A DNA stretch of 64,000 bases from a virus. The stretch lies in UHGV virus genome UHGV-0332176. One strand, written 5' to 3'. Below, one piece after another: positions 1-9,874 of the stretch. A program made the translations under genes and the position numbers. The stretch's first letter is position 1, and every line of letters starts with the position of its first letter. The notes under the pieces were generated by a model that saw only the letters and a program-made list of their open reading frames with translations, searched no databases and was not told the origin of the DNA.

Positions 1-2
1 AA

Positions 3-1238
3 TATGTATATCCTGATGATATTATAAAAGACCCTGATTTAGGAGATGATGTTGATTCAAACTATTTTTCTTATTTAAATTGGTATGATGGTCATTATAA
101 AGAAGGAGAACCAATTATTTTAGAAGAACATCAAGTTAGAGTTATTAATACTTGTTTAAAAAATCATCGTTGCATTATTGATGCTGCAACTGGTTCAGGA
201 AAAACACTTATTTCAGCAGTATTAGCTAAAAAAGTATTACCTTTTGGAAAAACAATATTAATTGTTCCATCTAAAGATTTAGCATTTCAATCTGCTAATG
301 AATTTAAACAATGGGGGTTAGATGCTGGTATTGTTGGTTGTGGTATAAGAGATTTTGGACACGATGTAACTGTTTGTACTTGGCAAACAATTAATTCAAT
401 GGAGCGTTCAAAAAAAGAGAAACCATTAACTATGGAAGAATTACAACAATTAAAAGATGGGGTTATCTCATTAATTTTTGATGAATGCCATCAATGTAAA
501 TCATATCATATTCAACAAGTATGTGATTCAACTTTTAAAAATGTTCCAATTAAATGGGGTTTGACAGGTACAGTTCCAAAGGAGAAATCTGATTATTATT
601 GTTTATATACTTCATTAGGCGGTGTCGGAGCAGTTGTTGAAGCAAAGGAATTACAGGATAAAGGATTTTTAGCTAATTGTAATATTAATTGCATTCGTTT
701 AGAAGATAATACATTAAGTTCAGATTTTACAACTGAAATTAAATATTTAGAATCTAATGATGAAAGAACAACATTTATTGCACAATTATTACATTCAATT
801 GTACAATCATCAGGAAATACATTAGTTTTATTAAGTCATATTAATTATGGTGAAAAATTAACAGAAAAATTAATAAATTTAGGTACAAATGCTATTTTTC
901 TAAATGGAGAAGTTAAATCAACAAAACGTTTTGAAGAATATGAAAAAATTAAAACTGAAAATAATAAATGTATCGTTGCAATTGATAAGATTGCTTCAAC
1001 AGGTTTAAGCATTTCACGTTTATTTAATTTAGTTTTTATTGATTATGGAAAAGCATTTACTAAAACTATTCAATCGGTTGGTCGTGGACTACGATTAGCG
1101 AAAGATAAAGATTTTGTTGAAATTTATGATATATCTTCAACAACTAAATATTCTAAAAAGCATTTTAATGAAAGAATTCATTATTATGATGAAAAAAAAT
1201 ATCCATTTAGAATTTTGAATATTGACAAATGGAAATAA
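3..1238 (+). CDS. uvsW: SF2 DExH-box helicase, UvsW-like; 5' end lies outside the window. The frame is open from nt 3.
   Basis: Walker A AATGSGKT, motif II DECH, motif III TGT and motif VI QSVGRGLR, read in the in-frame translation from nt 3 to 1238. Confidence 0.8.
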   Translation, partial: YVYPDDIIKDPDLGDDVDSNYFSYLNWYDGHYKEGEPIILEEHQVRVINTCLKNHRCIIDAATGSGKTLISAVLAKKVLPFGKTILIVPSKDLAFQSANEFKQWGLDAGIVGCGIRDFGHDVTVCTWQTINSMERSKKEKPLTMEELQQLKDGVISLIFDECHQCKSYHIQQVCDSTFKNVPIKWGLTGTVPKEKSDYYCLYTSLGGVGAVVEAKELQDKGFLANCNINCIRLEDNTLSSDFTTEIKYLESNDERTTFIAQLLHSIVQSSGNTLVLLSHINYGEKLTEKLINLGTNAIFLNGEVKSTKRFEEYEKIKTENNKCIVAIDKIASTGLSISRLFNLVFIDYGKAFTKTIQSVGRGLRLAKDKDFVEIYDISSTTKYSKKHFNERIHYYDEKKYPFRILNIDKWK

Positions 1239-1271
1239 TTTTTCGTATAATTTTATAAAAAAGGAAATAGA

Positions 1272-1832
1272 GTGGAAATATTATTACCAGAAAATAAGCC
1301 ATTTAATTTGAATCAACCAAAAAATAAATTAATAGATTCAAAAATGTGTGTATTTGATTATTCTGATAAAGATGATAAAGATTTTTTATTTAAAAAAATC
1401 ACAACATTTTTTTCATATGGTTATCATATGGTTGAATTACAAATTGGTGAAAAATATAAATTAGAAGTGCCTTTAAATTGGAGAATAATGGTTATTAATG
1501 ACCACGATTTAATGTGTCAACTTATATCAATAGATGAATTATTGCATTTTGAGCATCAAACAGTTATTTTTAATCCTTTTTATGTTGGTATTCCAAAAAT
1601 TGTTGACATTAAAATAAATTCTGTTAATATAAATAAAGTTCAATGTTTTGTTCCAAAATTACCAAAGAAAAATTTATTAGTTGTACCATTAGGAACTAAA
1701 CAAGATTGGAATAATAAAATCATTAATAAATCAACTGGTGAAATATCTTATTATCCTGATTGTATAATGATGTGTGATGATATAGATACATCAAAATGTG
1801 AATTAGATTTATATGATGATATAATTGTTTAA
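1272..1832 (+). CDS. hypothetical protein (GTG start per ORF track)
   Basis: Open frame in a dense phage gene array, with an AAGGAAA ribosome-binding site upstream. No recognisable motifs. Confidence 0.5.
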   Translation: MEILLPENKPFNLNQPKNKLIDSKMCVFDYSDKDDKDFLFKKITTFFSYGYHMVELQIGEKYKLEVPLNWRIMVINDHDLMCQLISIDELLHFEHQTVIFNPFYVGIPKIVDIKINSVNINKVQCFVPKLPKKNLLVVPLGTKQDWNNKIINKSTGEISYYPDCIMMCDDIDTSKCELDLYDDIIV

Positions 1833-1857
1833 TTTTTATTTTTGTGGGAGAAAATAT

Positions 1858-2355
1858 ATGTCAGTATGTGCGGTAAGAAAAACAGCCGATGCAATTACAG
1901 TAAGTTGTGATACACAATTAACTTGTGATACAACAATTTCATCTCAATTTTTAGAATCTACTAAAATGTTTGAAAAACACGGTATTATTGTTGCTGGTGC
2001 TGGACCAATTAGAGAAATAAATCTTTTAAAAATTTTTTTAGAAAAGAATTTAATTGGTGAGCCATCAGAAGAAAATATTTTGATGTTTATGTTTGATTTT
2101 TCTCAATTTAAACAACAAATGGGTTTACCAGTTGAAATAGAATGTCAATTTATTTTTGTTATTGGAGATAAAATTTTTAGTGTTATTCAAGGAGAAGTAT
2201 TAGAAATTCCCGAATATTACGCAATTGGAAGTGGACAAGATTTTGCTCAAGCAGCATTATTTTTAGGTCATTCAACAGAAGAATCAGTTAAAGTTGCTTG
2301 TAATTTAAATGTTTATTGTCACGAACCTATCAAAACGATTGTAAGGCAACTTTAA
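1858..2355 (+). CDS. HslV/proteasome beta-like Ntn peptidase; start adjusted to the ATG at 1858, preceded by a GGGAG RBS
   Basis: The N-terminus M-SVCAVRK aligns with HslV TTIVSVRR. IIVAGAGP matches VIAGFAGG, and AIGSGQDFAQAA matches HslV AIGSGGPYAQAA. The N-terminal residue after Met is Ser rather than Thr. Confidence 0.55.
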   Translation: MSVCAVRKTADAITVSCDTQLTCDTTISSQFLESTKMFEKHGIIVAGAGPIREINLLKIFLEKNLIGEPSEENILMFMFDFSQFKQQMGLPVEIECQFIFVIGDKIFSVIQGEVLEIPEYYAIGSGQDFAQAALFLGHSTEESVKVACNLNVYCHEPIKTIVRQL

Positions 2356-2360
2356 AAATT

Positions 2361-2400
2361 AAAATCCTTTCAATAAATATCCATTGAAAGGATTTTTTAT
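2361..2400 (+). terminator. rho-independent terminator hairpin
   Basis: Perfect 14-bp inverted repeat aaaatcctttcaat / attgaaaggatttt with an 8-nt loop, followed by ttat. Confidence 0.6.
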
Positions 2401-2950
2401 GGATATTATAGATTCTCGTAGAGTATTTGATGATGACTATGCTAAAATGCGTTATACATTATATATAAAGAAAATTAATACATTATTAGAAAATCATCAA
2501 AAGCCCCATAATAAAAAATATAAACAAGGATTTTTTATTCCAAAACGCCCTTTAAAAGTTATGAATATTATGGAAACAACTGAACCTCAACCAATTGTAT
2601 GGAGAAGTGATTGGGAAAGACAATTATGTGAATGGTTAGATTCTACTGATGCTATTACTAGATGGGGTTCAGAAATTGTTCAAATATTATATCGTGACCC
2701 AACAAAAAATAAAATGTCTTTCTATACTCCTGATTTTTATGTTGAATATTTGGATGCGAATAAAGTTTTAAAAAAAACTATGATTGAAGTTAAACCATTA
2801 AAAGAAGCATCTTTAAAAAAAGCATCAAATGGATGGGATAAAATATTAGTTGCAAAAAATGCTATGAAATGGGTAGCAGCAAATGAATATTGCAAAAAAA
2901 GAGGGATAACATTTAAAGTTATGCACGAGCATAATTTAGGAATTCTTTAA
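2399..2950 (+). CDS. hypothetical protein, possible PD-(D/E)xK nuclease fold; ATG start at 2399 rather than the TTG at 2384
   Basis: AAAGGA RBS 8 nt upstream. The stretch YTPDFYVEY...MIEVKP resembles a D...E-x-K nuclease core. Confidence 0.5.
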   Translation: MDIIDSRRVFDDDYAKMRYTLYIKKINTLLENHQKPHNKKYKQGFFIPKRPLKVMNIMETTEPQPIVWRSDWERQLCEWLDSTDAITRWGSEIVQILYRDPTKNKMSFYTPDFYVEYLDANKVLKKTMIEVKPLKEASLKKASNGWDKILVAKNAMKWVAANEYCKKRGITFKVMHEHNLGIL

Positions 2951-4447
2951 TGAAACCCAATATTTATATGCTCTTTTAGCTAATCTTTCTTTATTTTCAT
3001 TAGTTAATTCATTAAAACTACCACTATATTGGCGAATAAAATCTTCAAAGAAATCTTTAAAATTTTTCCAATCATTAATATTGAAAATATTTTTTCTAAT
3101 CCATTCATCAAAAGAATGTGTTGTTTCTTGAAAGAAAGCATTTTGTTCAATTGGACTGTTCCAATATGATTTCATTCCTGATTGAGTAAATAAATTTTGT
3201 TCTTTTGGTTTATAAGTTTCAGTTCTTCGGATTTCATCAATTAAATGAATACATTCGTGAACTAATGATGTTATTGCTAATTCACCTTGTGATTTTAAAA
3301 ATTTAATAAAATCTTTTTTAGCCCAATCTAAAATATATTTTGATAATTCAACTCTATATTCTTCATCATTATCTGCGTATGTTGATTTTAATTTTGAAAT
3401 AATTTTATTATTTTTATTAACTAAAGTTGTTATATAATCCCATAAATCTGAAGTCATTGCTGGAATAGCAATTATACCATAATAATCATCAATAGTAACA
3501 CCAAATGAAAATGTTGTTTCTTCATTCATATCAGTAAATTTTATAAGATACCCTTTATTTGAAGCACTTATAATAGGTGAAGTATTTTTGAAATCATTAG
3601 TAACATCAATAAAAAATCCATCTGAACCTGTTCTTAATTTTGTATTTTTATCAGTAATTTTTTTAATAATTATTTTAGTTAATTTATATGCTAATTGTCT
3701 ATATTCTTTGTCTTGTTCAGCACTTTCTTTAATTAAATGTTCTTCTAATGATAAACTTTTGTCATAATTTTTATTAATATAATCTCTAAGGTCAGCAATT
3801 AATCCATTGCTTCTTAATTTTTTAAATATTAAATTTTCTTCTGATAATTCTCCGCCTGAAGATAAACCATTTTTTCTCATATCATAAAGTTCATCTAAAA
3901 CTAAATTAGCTTCATTAGAATTATATTCTGATGAAAGAATATCTTGAATTTTATTAACTAATTCTTTATATTTTGGAGAATCTTTAACATCTTCAATTTT
4001 CTTAGTTATTTTTTCAGGTTTTTTTAACCATTTATCATATTTAATAGAATATTTTCCACCTGCTTCAGCTGGTTTTCCTGCATCTTCTACATATAATTCA
4101 ACAGGATGTCCATAAATTGTAATATCGTGATTATTATTAAATACCGTTTTTTTAGCATTAAAATAATCTTGTAATAAATCACTATTTATATCATAATCAT
4201 CAAATTTAACAACAATATGTAAATCAATATCAGAATCTGGATTAAAATTAAAATTTGCCATTGACCCTGTAAATTGTATGTCAGTAATATCTAAATTCAA
4301 ATCAAGATATTCAATGAAAGCTGATGCAATTTGATTAAGTTTATTATAAACTTGAGGTTTTAATTCTTCACCGTTCCAAATGTCTTTATTTAAAGTTTCA
4401 CTAAATTTAATTGTATCTTCTTGTAAATTTAAATCTTCAAGTTTCAT
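2936..4447 (-). CDS. Pol-beta superfamily nucleotidyltransferase-fold protein of unknown substrate
   Basis: The signature G-S-x9-D-x-D (FTGSMANFNFNPDSDIDLHIV) is followed by a downstream acidic ELYVED. The rest of this 503-aa protein is unrecognised. Confidence 0.55.
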   Translation of the reverse strand: MKLEDLNLQEDTIKFSETLNKDIWNGEELKPQVYNKLNQIASAFIEYLDLNLDITDIQFTGSMANFNFNPDSDIDLHIVVKFDDYDINSDLLQDYFNAKKTVFNNNHDITIYGHPVELYVEDAGKPAEAGGKYSIKYDKWLKKPEKITKKIEDVKDSPKYKELVNKIQDILSSEYNSNEANLVLDELYDMRKNGLSSGGELSEENLIFKKLRSNGLIADLRDYINKNYDKSLSLEEHLIKESAEQDKEYRQLAYKLTKIIIKKITDKNTKLRTGSDGFFIDVTNDFKNTSPIISASNKGYLIKFTDMNEETTFSFGVTIDDYYGIIAIPAMTSDLWDYITTLVNKNNKIISKLKSTYADNDEEYRVELSKYILDWAKKDFIKFLKSQGELAITSLVHECIHLIDEIRRTETYKPKEQNLFTQSGMKSYWNSPIEQNAFFQETTHSFDEWIRKNIFNINDWKNFKDFFEDFIRQYSGSFNELTNENKERLAKRAYKYWVSLKNS

Positions 4448-4497
4448 AATTTTTCCAATATAAATATGTTATATTAATATTTATTTAAGGTATAATA

Positions 4498-5016
4498 ATG
4501 ACATCTAAAGCAAAAGTTAAAGGAAATTCTTGGGAAAGAGAATGTGCAAAAGGTTTAAGTAAAATTTTTGGATATAATTTTGAAAGATGCAAAGGTTCTG
4601 GGGCATTTGTCGGTGGGAAAAATAGTATTAGAAAAATTAAATTATCAGAAACACAATTAGTTTCATCAATGGCTGATATTATTCCGCCAACAGAAATGAA
4701 GAATATGGTCGTTGAATGTAAATTTTATAAAGATTTTCCATTTTATATGTTTTTACAAAATAAATCTATTCCTTTAATTGATTCTTGGATTGAACAACAA
4801 TTAGATGTTGTTGATGATATGAATTTTTGGTTTATTGCATTTAAAATAAATCGGGTTGGGAGTTATATAGTTATCCCTGAAAAAATATGTAATTTTATTG
4901 ATGATAGAATTGGAAATCATTCAATATATTATTATAATAATGAAAAATATATTGTTTCTGAATTTTTCCCATTTATAGAATTATATAAAAATGAAATATT
5001 AAAAAAGTCGGCTTAA
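4498..5016 (+). CDS. hypothetical protein, possible Hjc/PD-(D/E)xK-type nuclease
   Basis: GNSWERECAKGL...ADIIP...VVECK resembles the E...D...E-x-K pattern of Holliday-junction-resolvase-like nucleases. This is a weak call. Confidence 0.45.
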   Translation: MTSKAKVKGNSWERECAKGLSKIFGYNFERCKGSGAFVGGKNSIRKIKLSETQLVSSMADIIPPTEMKNMVVECKFYKDFPFYMFLQNKSIPLIDSWIEQQLDVVDDMNFWFIAFKINRVGSYIVIPEKICNFIDDRIGNHSIYYYNNEKYIVSEFFPFIELYKNEILKKSA

Positions 5017-5027
5017 ATACCGACTTT
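5004..5027. terminator. bidirectional hairpin shared by convergent genes whose stop codons overlap
   Basis: aaagtcgg / ccgacttt 8-bp stem flanked by A-run and T-run. The + gene stops at 5014-5016 and the - gene stops at 5013-5015. Confidence 0.5.
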
Positions 5028-7070
5028 AATTTTTCCATAATATCCATTTAAAATTACTTTGATAGATTCTTTTGAAATACTATATCCATCATAAGAACTA
5101 ATTTTTTTCTTAATTAATTCATCAGTACCTTTTATTTTATTTCCAGTAAAACGATATAATAAACTTCTGCATAAATTCATAAATGTTGGTCTATTTTTAT
5201 AGAAATTAAAATAAAAATATTCTGGTTTTTGTCCTTGTTTTAAACATTTTAACATAAAATCATATGTTGATGGGTCGCAACTAAATAATACGGTATCTGA
5301 TGATAAAATATATTTAATATCTTCTTGTACTTCACTTAATTTATTTTCATTAATATTTTGTTTTGATTCATTAAATGATATTGGATAATTATATTTGTCA
5401 CCTGTTGAAAAAACTTGATTAACATTATAGCGTTTTTTAGTATCTTTATTAATAATTTTAGTAATTCTTATCGGAGCATTATTTCGTAAACGAATTTCAT
5501 TTTCATCTTCATTAACCATTCTTAATAATATTGAATCATACCAACTAATATTTTTATCAGTTGCTTGTCCAACAAAAATATATGATGTTCCATTATAATC
5601 ACTATTATATGATTCAGCTTTATCATATTGTTTAGCCCAACAATTACCTGTTCCATATTCTTTAAGATGTTGTAATAATTCATTAATAGACAATTTTGTA
5701 TCAATTTCTCTATAAATGTTATTATCAATTAATTCATTTTTAATATTTTGTAAAATATGTTCTGCAGAATTACGATAAATGTCGTCAGTAATTTTAAATG
5801 CTAATGAATTTTGATTGTTCATATTCTTGTATATATAATTTATTGCTTGATTGTATATTTTTTCATATGTATTTTTTAAATGTATTTTGTTATTTTCCAT
5901 TTCATCAATAATAGCATCAAGATAATGGCTATAAGCAAGTTCCGTAAACAAAATGTAATTATTGATTATTTCACCAGTATCCCATCTGTTATTCCTAATA
6001 GCATTAATAACTTTATTAATGACTTGATTTTCTGAATTATCAGGAAGATTTAATTTTTTTCTGTGTTTTGCTTCTACTATAACATTTTCACCATTAAACA
6101 TTTTAATAACTGATTGTTCCATATTCATTCTTGGAAAATATGTTCTTAAAATTTTATTATTATCTAATTTTTTGGCTTGTTCAAGATACCATTTTTTCAT
6201 ATCATTATCAAAATCTTCAGGAATTAAATCATAATCTTGAAAATAAACATTATCATTAAAAGCAAATAAATGAGTTGCATTTTTTACATCATATTCATCT
6301 TCAACATACATATGTAATAATGGAGTGTCTGCTGACCAAATTGCAAATCCTGTTTTTGATAATAAAATACGATACCATTTATTTCTTTTAACAAAATCAT
6401 TAAATTCTTTTTTAGTTGGATTTAATAAAACTTCTGTATCGTCAATATAATCATAAGTTTCATATATATTATTTGAATTGGAATTCCATTCGCCATTATT
6501 ATCAATAGATTTTATTTGATTTGGTTCAAATGCAACCCATACATTATTTTCAGAAAGGTAGATACCATCAAATCCTAAATTTTTTAATATTGCAGTTGTA
6601 TCAATTGTATCATAACCTTTAACATTACGTTCTGGTCTTGACATTTGTAATCCGAAAAATAATTCATATCCTTCAAAGGTTTCAGAATTATTTCCTTCAA
6701 AAATTTTTTGTAAATCTTCATTAGAAATATATTTTTTTAATATGCTTTTTTTATATTTAACTTGATAGCCATAAAAAGGATTTTGAATAGAAAGATAGCA
6801 TTTCATTATTTTATTACCAAATGAGTTTTTCATAAATAAATCATCTTTTGATGAAAAATAAAATCCTTTTCCTTGTAAATTCATTGGATGTGATTTGGTT
6901 ATATCAAATGTATTAAAATCCGATTTTGTTCTGTGAATAACAACTAATGGATTGCCATTTTCATCTACAACCTTGCTATTATTAAACCATTTCCAAAAAT
7001 TATCATTTAATTTATTTTTAGATTTTTGTTTAACTTCTTTAATTAAATTACTATATTTTCCACGATACAT
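5013..7070 (-). CDS. large ART-like paralog family protein (685 aa), Alt-like candidate virion/injected protein
   Basis: The N-terminal block IHRT...GFYFSSKDD...LGFDGIYL is shared with ORFs 32202, 34546, 55930 and 7649. The internal NPTKKEFND motif is shared with ORF 55930. It is last in the minus-strand operon that follows the gp25-like gene. Confidence 0.6.
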   Translation of the reverse strand: MYRGKYSNLIKEVKQKSKNKLNDNFWKWFNNSKVVDENGNPLVVIHRTKSDFNTFDITKSHPMNLQGKGFYFSSKDDLFMKNSFGNKIMKCYLSIQNPFYGYQVKYKKSILKKYISNEDLQKIFEGNNSETFEGYELFFGLQMSRPERNVKGYDTIDTTAILKNLGFDGIYLSENNVWVAFEPNQIKSIDNNGEWNSNSNNIYETYDYIDDTEVLLNPTKKEFNDFVKRNKWYRILLSKTGFAIWSADTPLLHMYVEDEYDVKNATHLFAFNDNVYFQDYDLIPEDFDNDMKKWYLEQAKKLDNNKILRTYFPRMNMEQSVIKMFNGENVIVEAKHRKKLNLPDNSENQVINKVINAIRNNRWDTGEIINNYILFTELAYSHYLDAIIDEMENNKIHLKNTYEKIYNQAINYIYKNMNNQNSLAFKITDDIYRNSAEHILQNIKNELIDNNIYREIDTKLSINELLQHLKEYGTGNCWAKQYDKAESYNSDYNGTSYIFVGQATDKNISWYDSILLRMVNEDENEIRLRNNAPIRITKIINKDTKKRYNVNQVFSTGDKYNYPISFNESKQNINENKLSEVQEDIKYILSSDTVLFSCDPSTYDFMLKCLKQGQKPEYFYFNFYKNRPTFMNLCRSLLYRFTGNKIKGTDELIKKKISSYDGYSISKESIKVILNGYYGKIKVGI

Positions 7071-7079
7071 TTAAAATCC

Positions 7080-7649
7080 TTAATAGCATAACATAATTTT
7101 TTCAACATTTCCTAAAACAGATAATGACATTCTTCTATCATATGCTTGAGTATAATTTGGTGTCCAATTTTCATAATATGCAGGGTCGTATTGTGGATTT
7201 AAATTTGATGTTGGATATGGAGCGTGAGTATAATCTACATTATCAACTTTTGAACTCATTATATATTCAGTTGATTTAGTATCAAATGGAGCAAATGGAG
7301 AACGAACCAATGGAAGATAACTTCTATCTAATTTTGCTCTTAACCAAACATATGAACCATCAACATTATAATAATCAGCTTGTCTTTTAACTAAAATAGG
7401 ATTATAATTAGAATATTCAATATAAGGAGTATTATTGGTTAAAGGAATAGTAAACCAATCTAAATCAGTTTTTGGTTCAGTTTTTAAAGACCCTTCCAAC
7501 CATATTCGTCCTGTAAAATTAGTTGTATGAATAACAATTGTATTACTTCTTTTATTTGTTTTATGCGAATTATATGCAACAGCTTTAATAGGTTTTCCAA
7601 TAAAATCTGTTTTACCGCTCATATTATCTAAAAGAACTTGTGTCTGCAT
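7080..7649 (-). CDS. hypothetical protein, possible virion/baseplate-associated
   Basis: ORF in the minus-strand operon with the gp25-like gene. No motifs recognised. Confidence 0.5.
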   Translation of the reverse strand: MQTQVLLDNMSGKTDFIGKPIKAVAYNSHKTNKRSNTIVIHTTNFTGRIWLEGSLKTEPKTDLDWFTIPLTNNTPYIEYSNYNPILVKRQADYYNVDGSYVWLRAKLDRSYLPLVRSPFAPFDTKSTEYIMSSKVDNVDYTHAPYPTSNLNPQYDPAYYENWTPNYTQAYDRRMSLSVLGNVEKIMLCY

Positions 7650-9403
7650 TATAAATTTACTCCTGAAAGTTTTAAAACTTCTTGAATTTCATCGTCATTA
7701 TCTTCATTATCTTCATCATCCACAAATTTATTATATTCTAAAGTTGTCATAAAAATATCAATAATTTGACTTGCATCTTCTTCAGAATGGTCGCTTTCGT
7801 AATCATAAAATTCAGCATACATAGGATTAATATCTCCTTCTTCTTCACGAAATGAAATATCATTAACTAAATCCATATAAGATTTTTGACCATTATCAGC
7901 ATATTCTTCATAAAATTCTCTTACACTATGACAATCTTCAAATTCATATAAAAAAGCTCCTTTAAATTGTTCTAAATAGTGTGTATAATTATTATTATGA
8001 TATGTAGAATAATAATCATTATAATTTGGTTTAGGTGGATTCCATCCTAAATCTTTTAATTTTTCATATATATAATTTCCAATTAAATCAAATGCTGGAA
8101 GTGGGTTCAATTTTTCATAAACTTCTTTTTGCCAATATTCATTTTTAGAAGTAAACCATTTATAAACATCATAAGAACTATAATCTGCATTATTGGTTTT
8201 AAATAAAACATATAAAAATGTAGTAAAATCCATTTCCGAAGCAGAAGTATTAGAATCTTTTAAATAAAATTTATATAATGTTAATAAATCAGTATTTTCC
8301 CAACTAATTTCATTAATAAATCCTTCTGTTTGAGCAATTTTTTCCATTAATTTAGAAGTATCACTATATCCACCTTCATTATATCCAGTTGATGCAAATT
8401 CTTCAAAATCTTTAATATCTAAATATATGGTACTTTTAATTAAATCACGATAATCAATTAACATACAAATAATACCATCTTCATTATATGTTAAATTATA
8501 TTCATTTATAACATTATCTTCTTTATCATCATCCCATTCATCATCAATACTGTCATCTTCAAGAGATTCATATGAATTGGTTACGTTTTCTTGGGTTAAA
8601 AAGAAATCTAATAATTCTGGATTATCGTGAACAAATTCTCTAAATTTTACAGAATCATTTTCAGCATCTCTAAATTCTCTTGGTCTGTTACTATCACTAT
8701 CATTGGGAACAAATAATTGTAATTTCACTTTTTGATTTTCTTTATTAATAATTACATATAATTGACCATCAGCAGTATATGCATCATAATAATAACAGTT
8801 ATCTCCACCTGTACACCAAGAAGCTCCTCGTCTTAATGCTTTTGAACCTTCATATGTATGTGGTGTCCAAACTTCCCATTCATCTTCATTAAATAATAAT
8901 TCAACAGCTCCGTTCATATATAAACCAGGTTTTTTCTCACCTTGTAATTCTTTTTGGTTTCTTTTTGCATCTTTATTTTTTTGATTTGCTGTTAAATTAT
9001 TTTTGGCATCTTCTAAAGCATTTTTTAAATCTTCAATAGATTTATAACTGTTAATATCATTATTTGGTAATAAATTTTTTCTATTTTTTGCTTGAGTAAA
9101 TGCTTTAAGATATTGTTGCATTTTTTCAGGAGAAATATTTTTTAATTCTCCCAATTTATTCATTTTTAATAGCCAACGAATATAATTTTCAGGAGTTGAT
9201 GCCATTACTTCATTAGATAAATTTTGTATATTATTTAATACTGGGTCAAATGATATTAAATATTTAAATTCTTCATCAGATAAATTTGAAGCATTTTTTT
9301 GTCTTACATCTAATAATGATTCATTTAATAATGTGCTAAAATTAATATTATTAATATTAACTTTTTTCCCTTCTTTTATAATGTTAAAATAATCTAATTT
9401 CAT
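7649..9403 (-). CDS. hypothetical acidic protein carrying the paralog-family motif and a C-terminal EVLK linker motif
   Basis: SWCTGGDNCYYYDAY resembles the family's aromatic-W-[ST]-[ST] block. The C-terminus DDEDNEDNDDEIQEVLKLSGVNL matches the acidic-EVLK-AG motif of ORFs 32202 and 34546. Confidence 0.55.
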   Translation of the reverse strand: MKLDYFNIIKEGKKVNINNINFSTLLNESLLDVRQKNASNLSDEEFKYLISFDPVLNNIQNLSNEVMASTPENYIRWLLKMNKLGELKNISPEKMQQYLKAFTQAKNRKNLLPNNDINSYKSIEDLKNALEDAKNNLTANQKNKDAKRNQKELQGEKKPGLYMNGAVELLFNEDEWEVWTPHTYEGSKALRRGASWCTGGDNCYYYDAYTADGQLYVIINKENQKVKLQLFVPNDSDSNRPREFRDAENDSVKFREFVHDNPELLDFFLTQENVTNSYESLEDDSIDDEWDDDKEDNVINEYNLTYNEDGIICMLIDYRDLIKSTIYLDIKDFEEFASTGYNEGGYSDTSKLMEKIAQTEGFINEISWENTDLLTLYKFYLKDSNTSASEMDFTTFLYVLFKTNNADYSSYDVYKWFTSKNEYWQKEVYEKLNPLPAFDLIGNYIYEKLKDLGWNPPKPNYNDYYSTYHNNNYTHYLEQFKGAFLYEFEDCHSVREFYEEYADNGQKSYMDLVNDISFREEEGDINPMYAEFYDYESDHSEEDASQIIDIFMTTLEYNKFVDDEDNEDNDDEIQEVLKLSGVNL

Positions 9404-9792
9404 TAATTTACTCCCAATGGAAAATATCCGTTTGATGGATTATTAAATTTATCTAATGTTATATCTAATTGCCATTCTTCAGGAATACCATCTAAATAAC
9501 TTATAGAACAATAGAAAACCCAACCTTTATCAATATCTACTGGTTCAATGCTTAATAATGTAAAACGGGGGTCTTCAAGAAATGTTTCAATAAGTTCATT
9601 TTGTATATCATTTCTAACTTGAATGGTTTTTGGTTGAAACAATTTATTTTTGATTGTTGTTCCAAAATTAGGGTCCCAATCACATTCACCTTTTGTTGTA
9701 TAAATTCTTAATAATAAATCGTGTTTAGCTAAATCTTTATCAATAAGAATCCCCCATTCATCATTTATTGTTGTATATCCAGTAATTGTCAT
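9403..9792 (-). CDS. baseplate wedge protein, gp25/GPW-like
   Basis: TTKGECDWDPNFGTTIKNKLFQ matches the T4 gp25 pattern TTRKGSRPFDPEFGCDLSDQLFE. Size is 129 aa. Confidence 0.6.
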   Translation of the reverse strand: MTITGYTTINDEWGILIDKDLAKHDLLLRIYTTKGECDWDPNFGTTIKNKLFQPKTIQVRNDIQNELIETFLEDPRFTLLSIEPVDIDKGWVFYCSISYLDGIPEEWQLDITLDKFNNPSNGYFPLGVN

Positions 9793-9820
9793 AAAAAATC
9801 CTTATATATAAAGATATTTA

Positions 9821-9849
9821 TTGACAATTTTAATGTTTAATGATAACCT
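9821..9849 (+). promoter_or_regulatory. sigma70-like promoter TTGACA-17-TAACCT in the divergent intergenic region
   Basis: TTGACA at 9821-9826, a 17-nt spacer and a weak -10, upstream of the gene at 9875. Confidence 0.4.
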
Positions 9850-9874
9850 TTCATATGATTAGAGGTTTAAAATT

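Noticed and set aside
4458-4465. TATAAATA motif upstream of the gene at 4498 as a late promoter
   Set aside because: This motif is expected roughly 20 times per strand by chance in DNA this AT-rich. I kept only the instances located upstream of putative structural or virion genes, and even those at low confidence.
5522-5728. 68-aa minus-strand ORF in another frame inside the 685-aa gene
   Set aside because: It is nested in the long ORF's alternative frame and is an AT-rich artefact.
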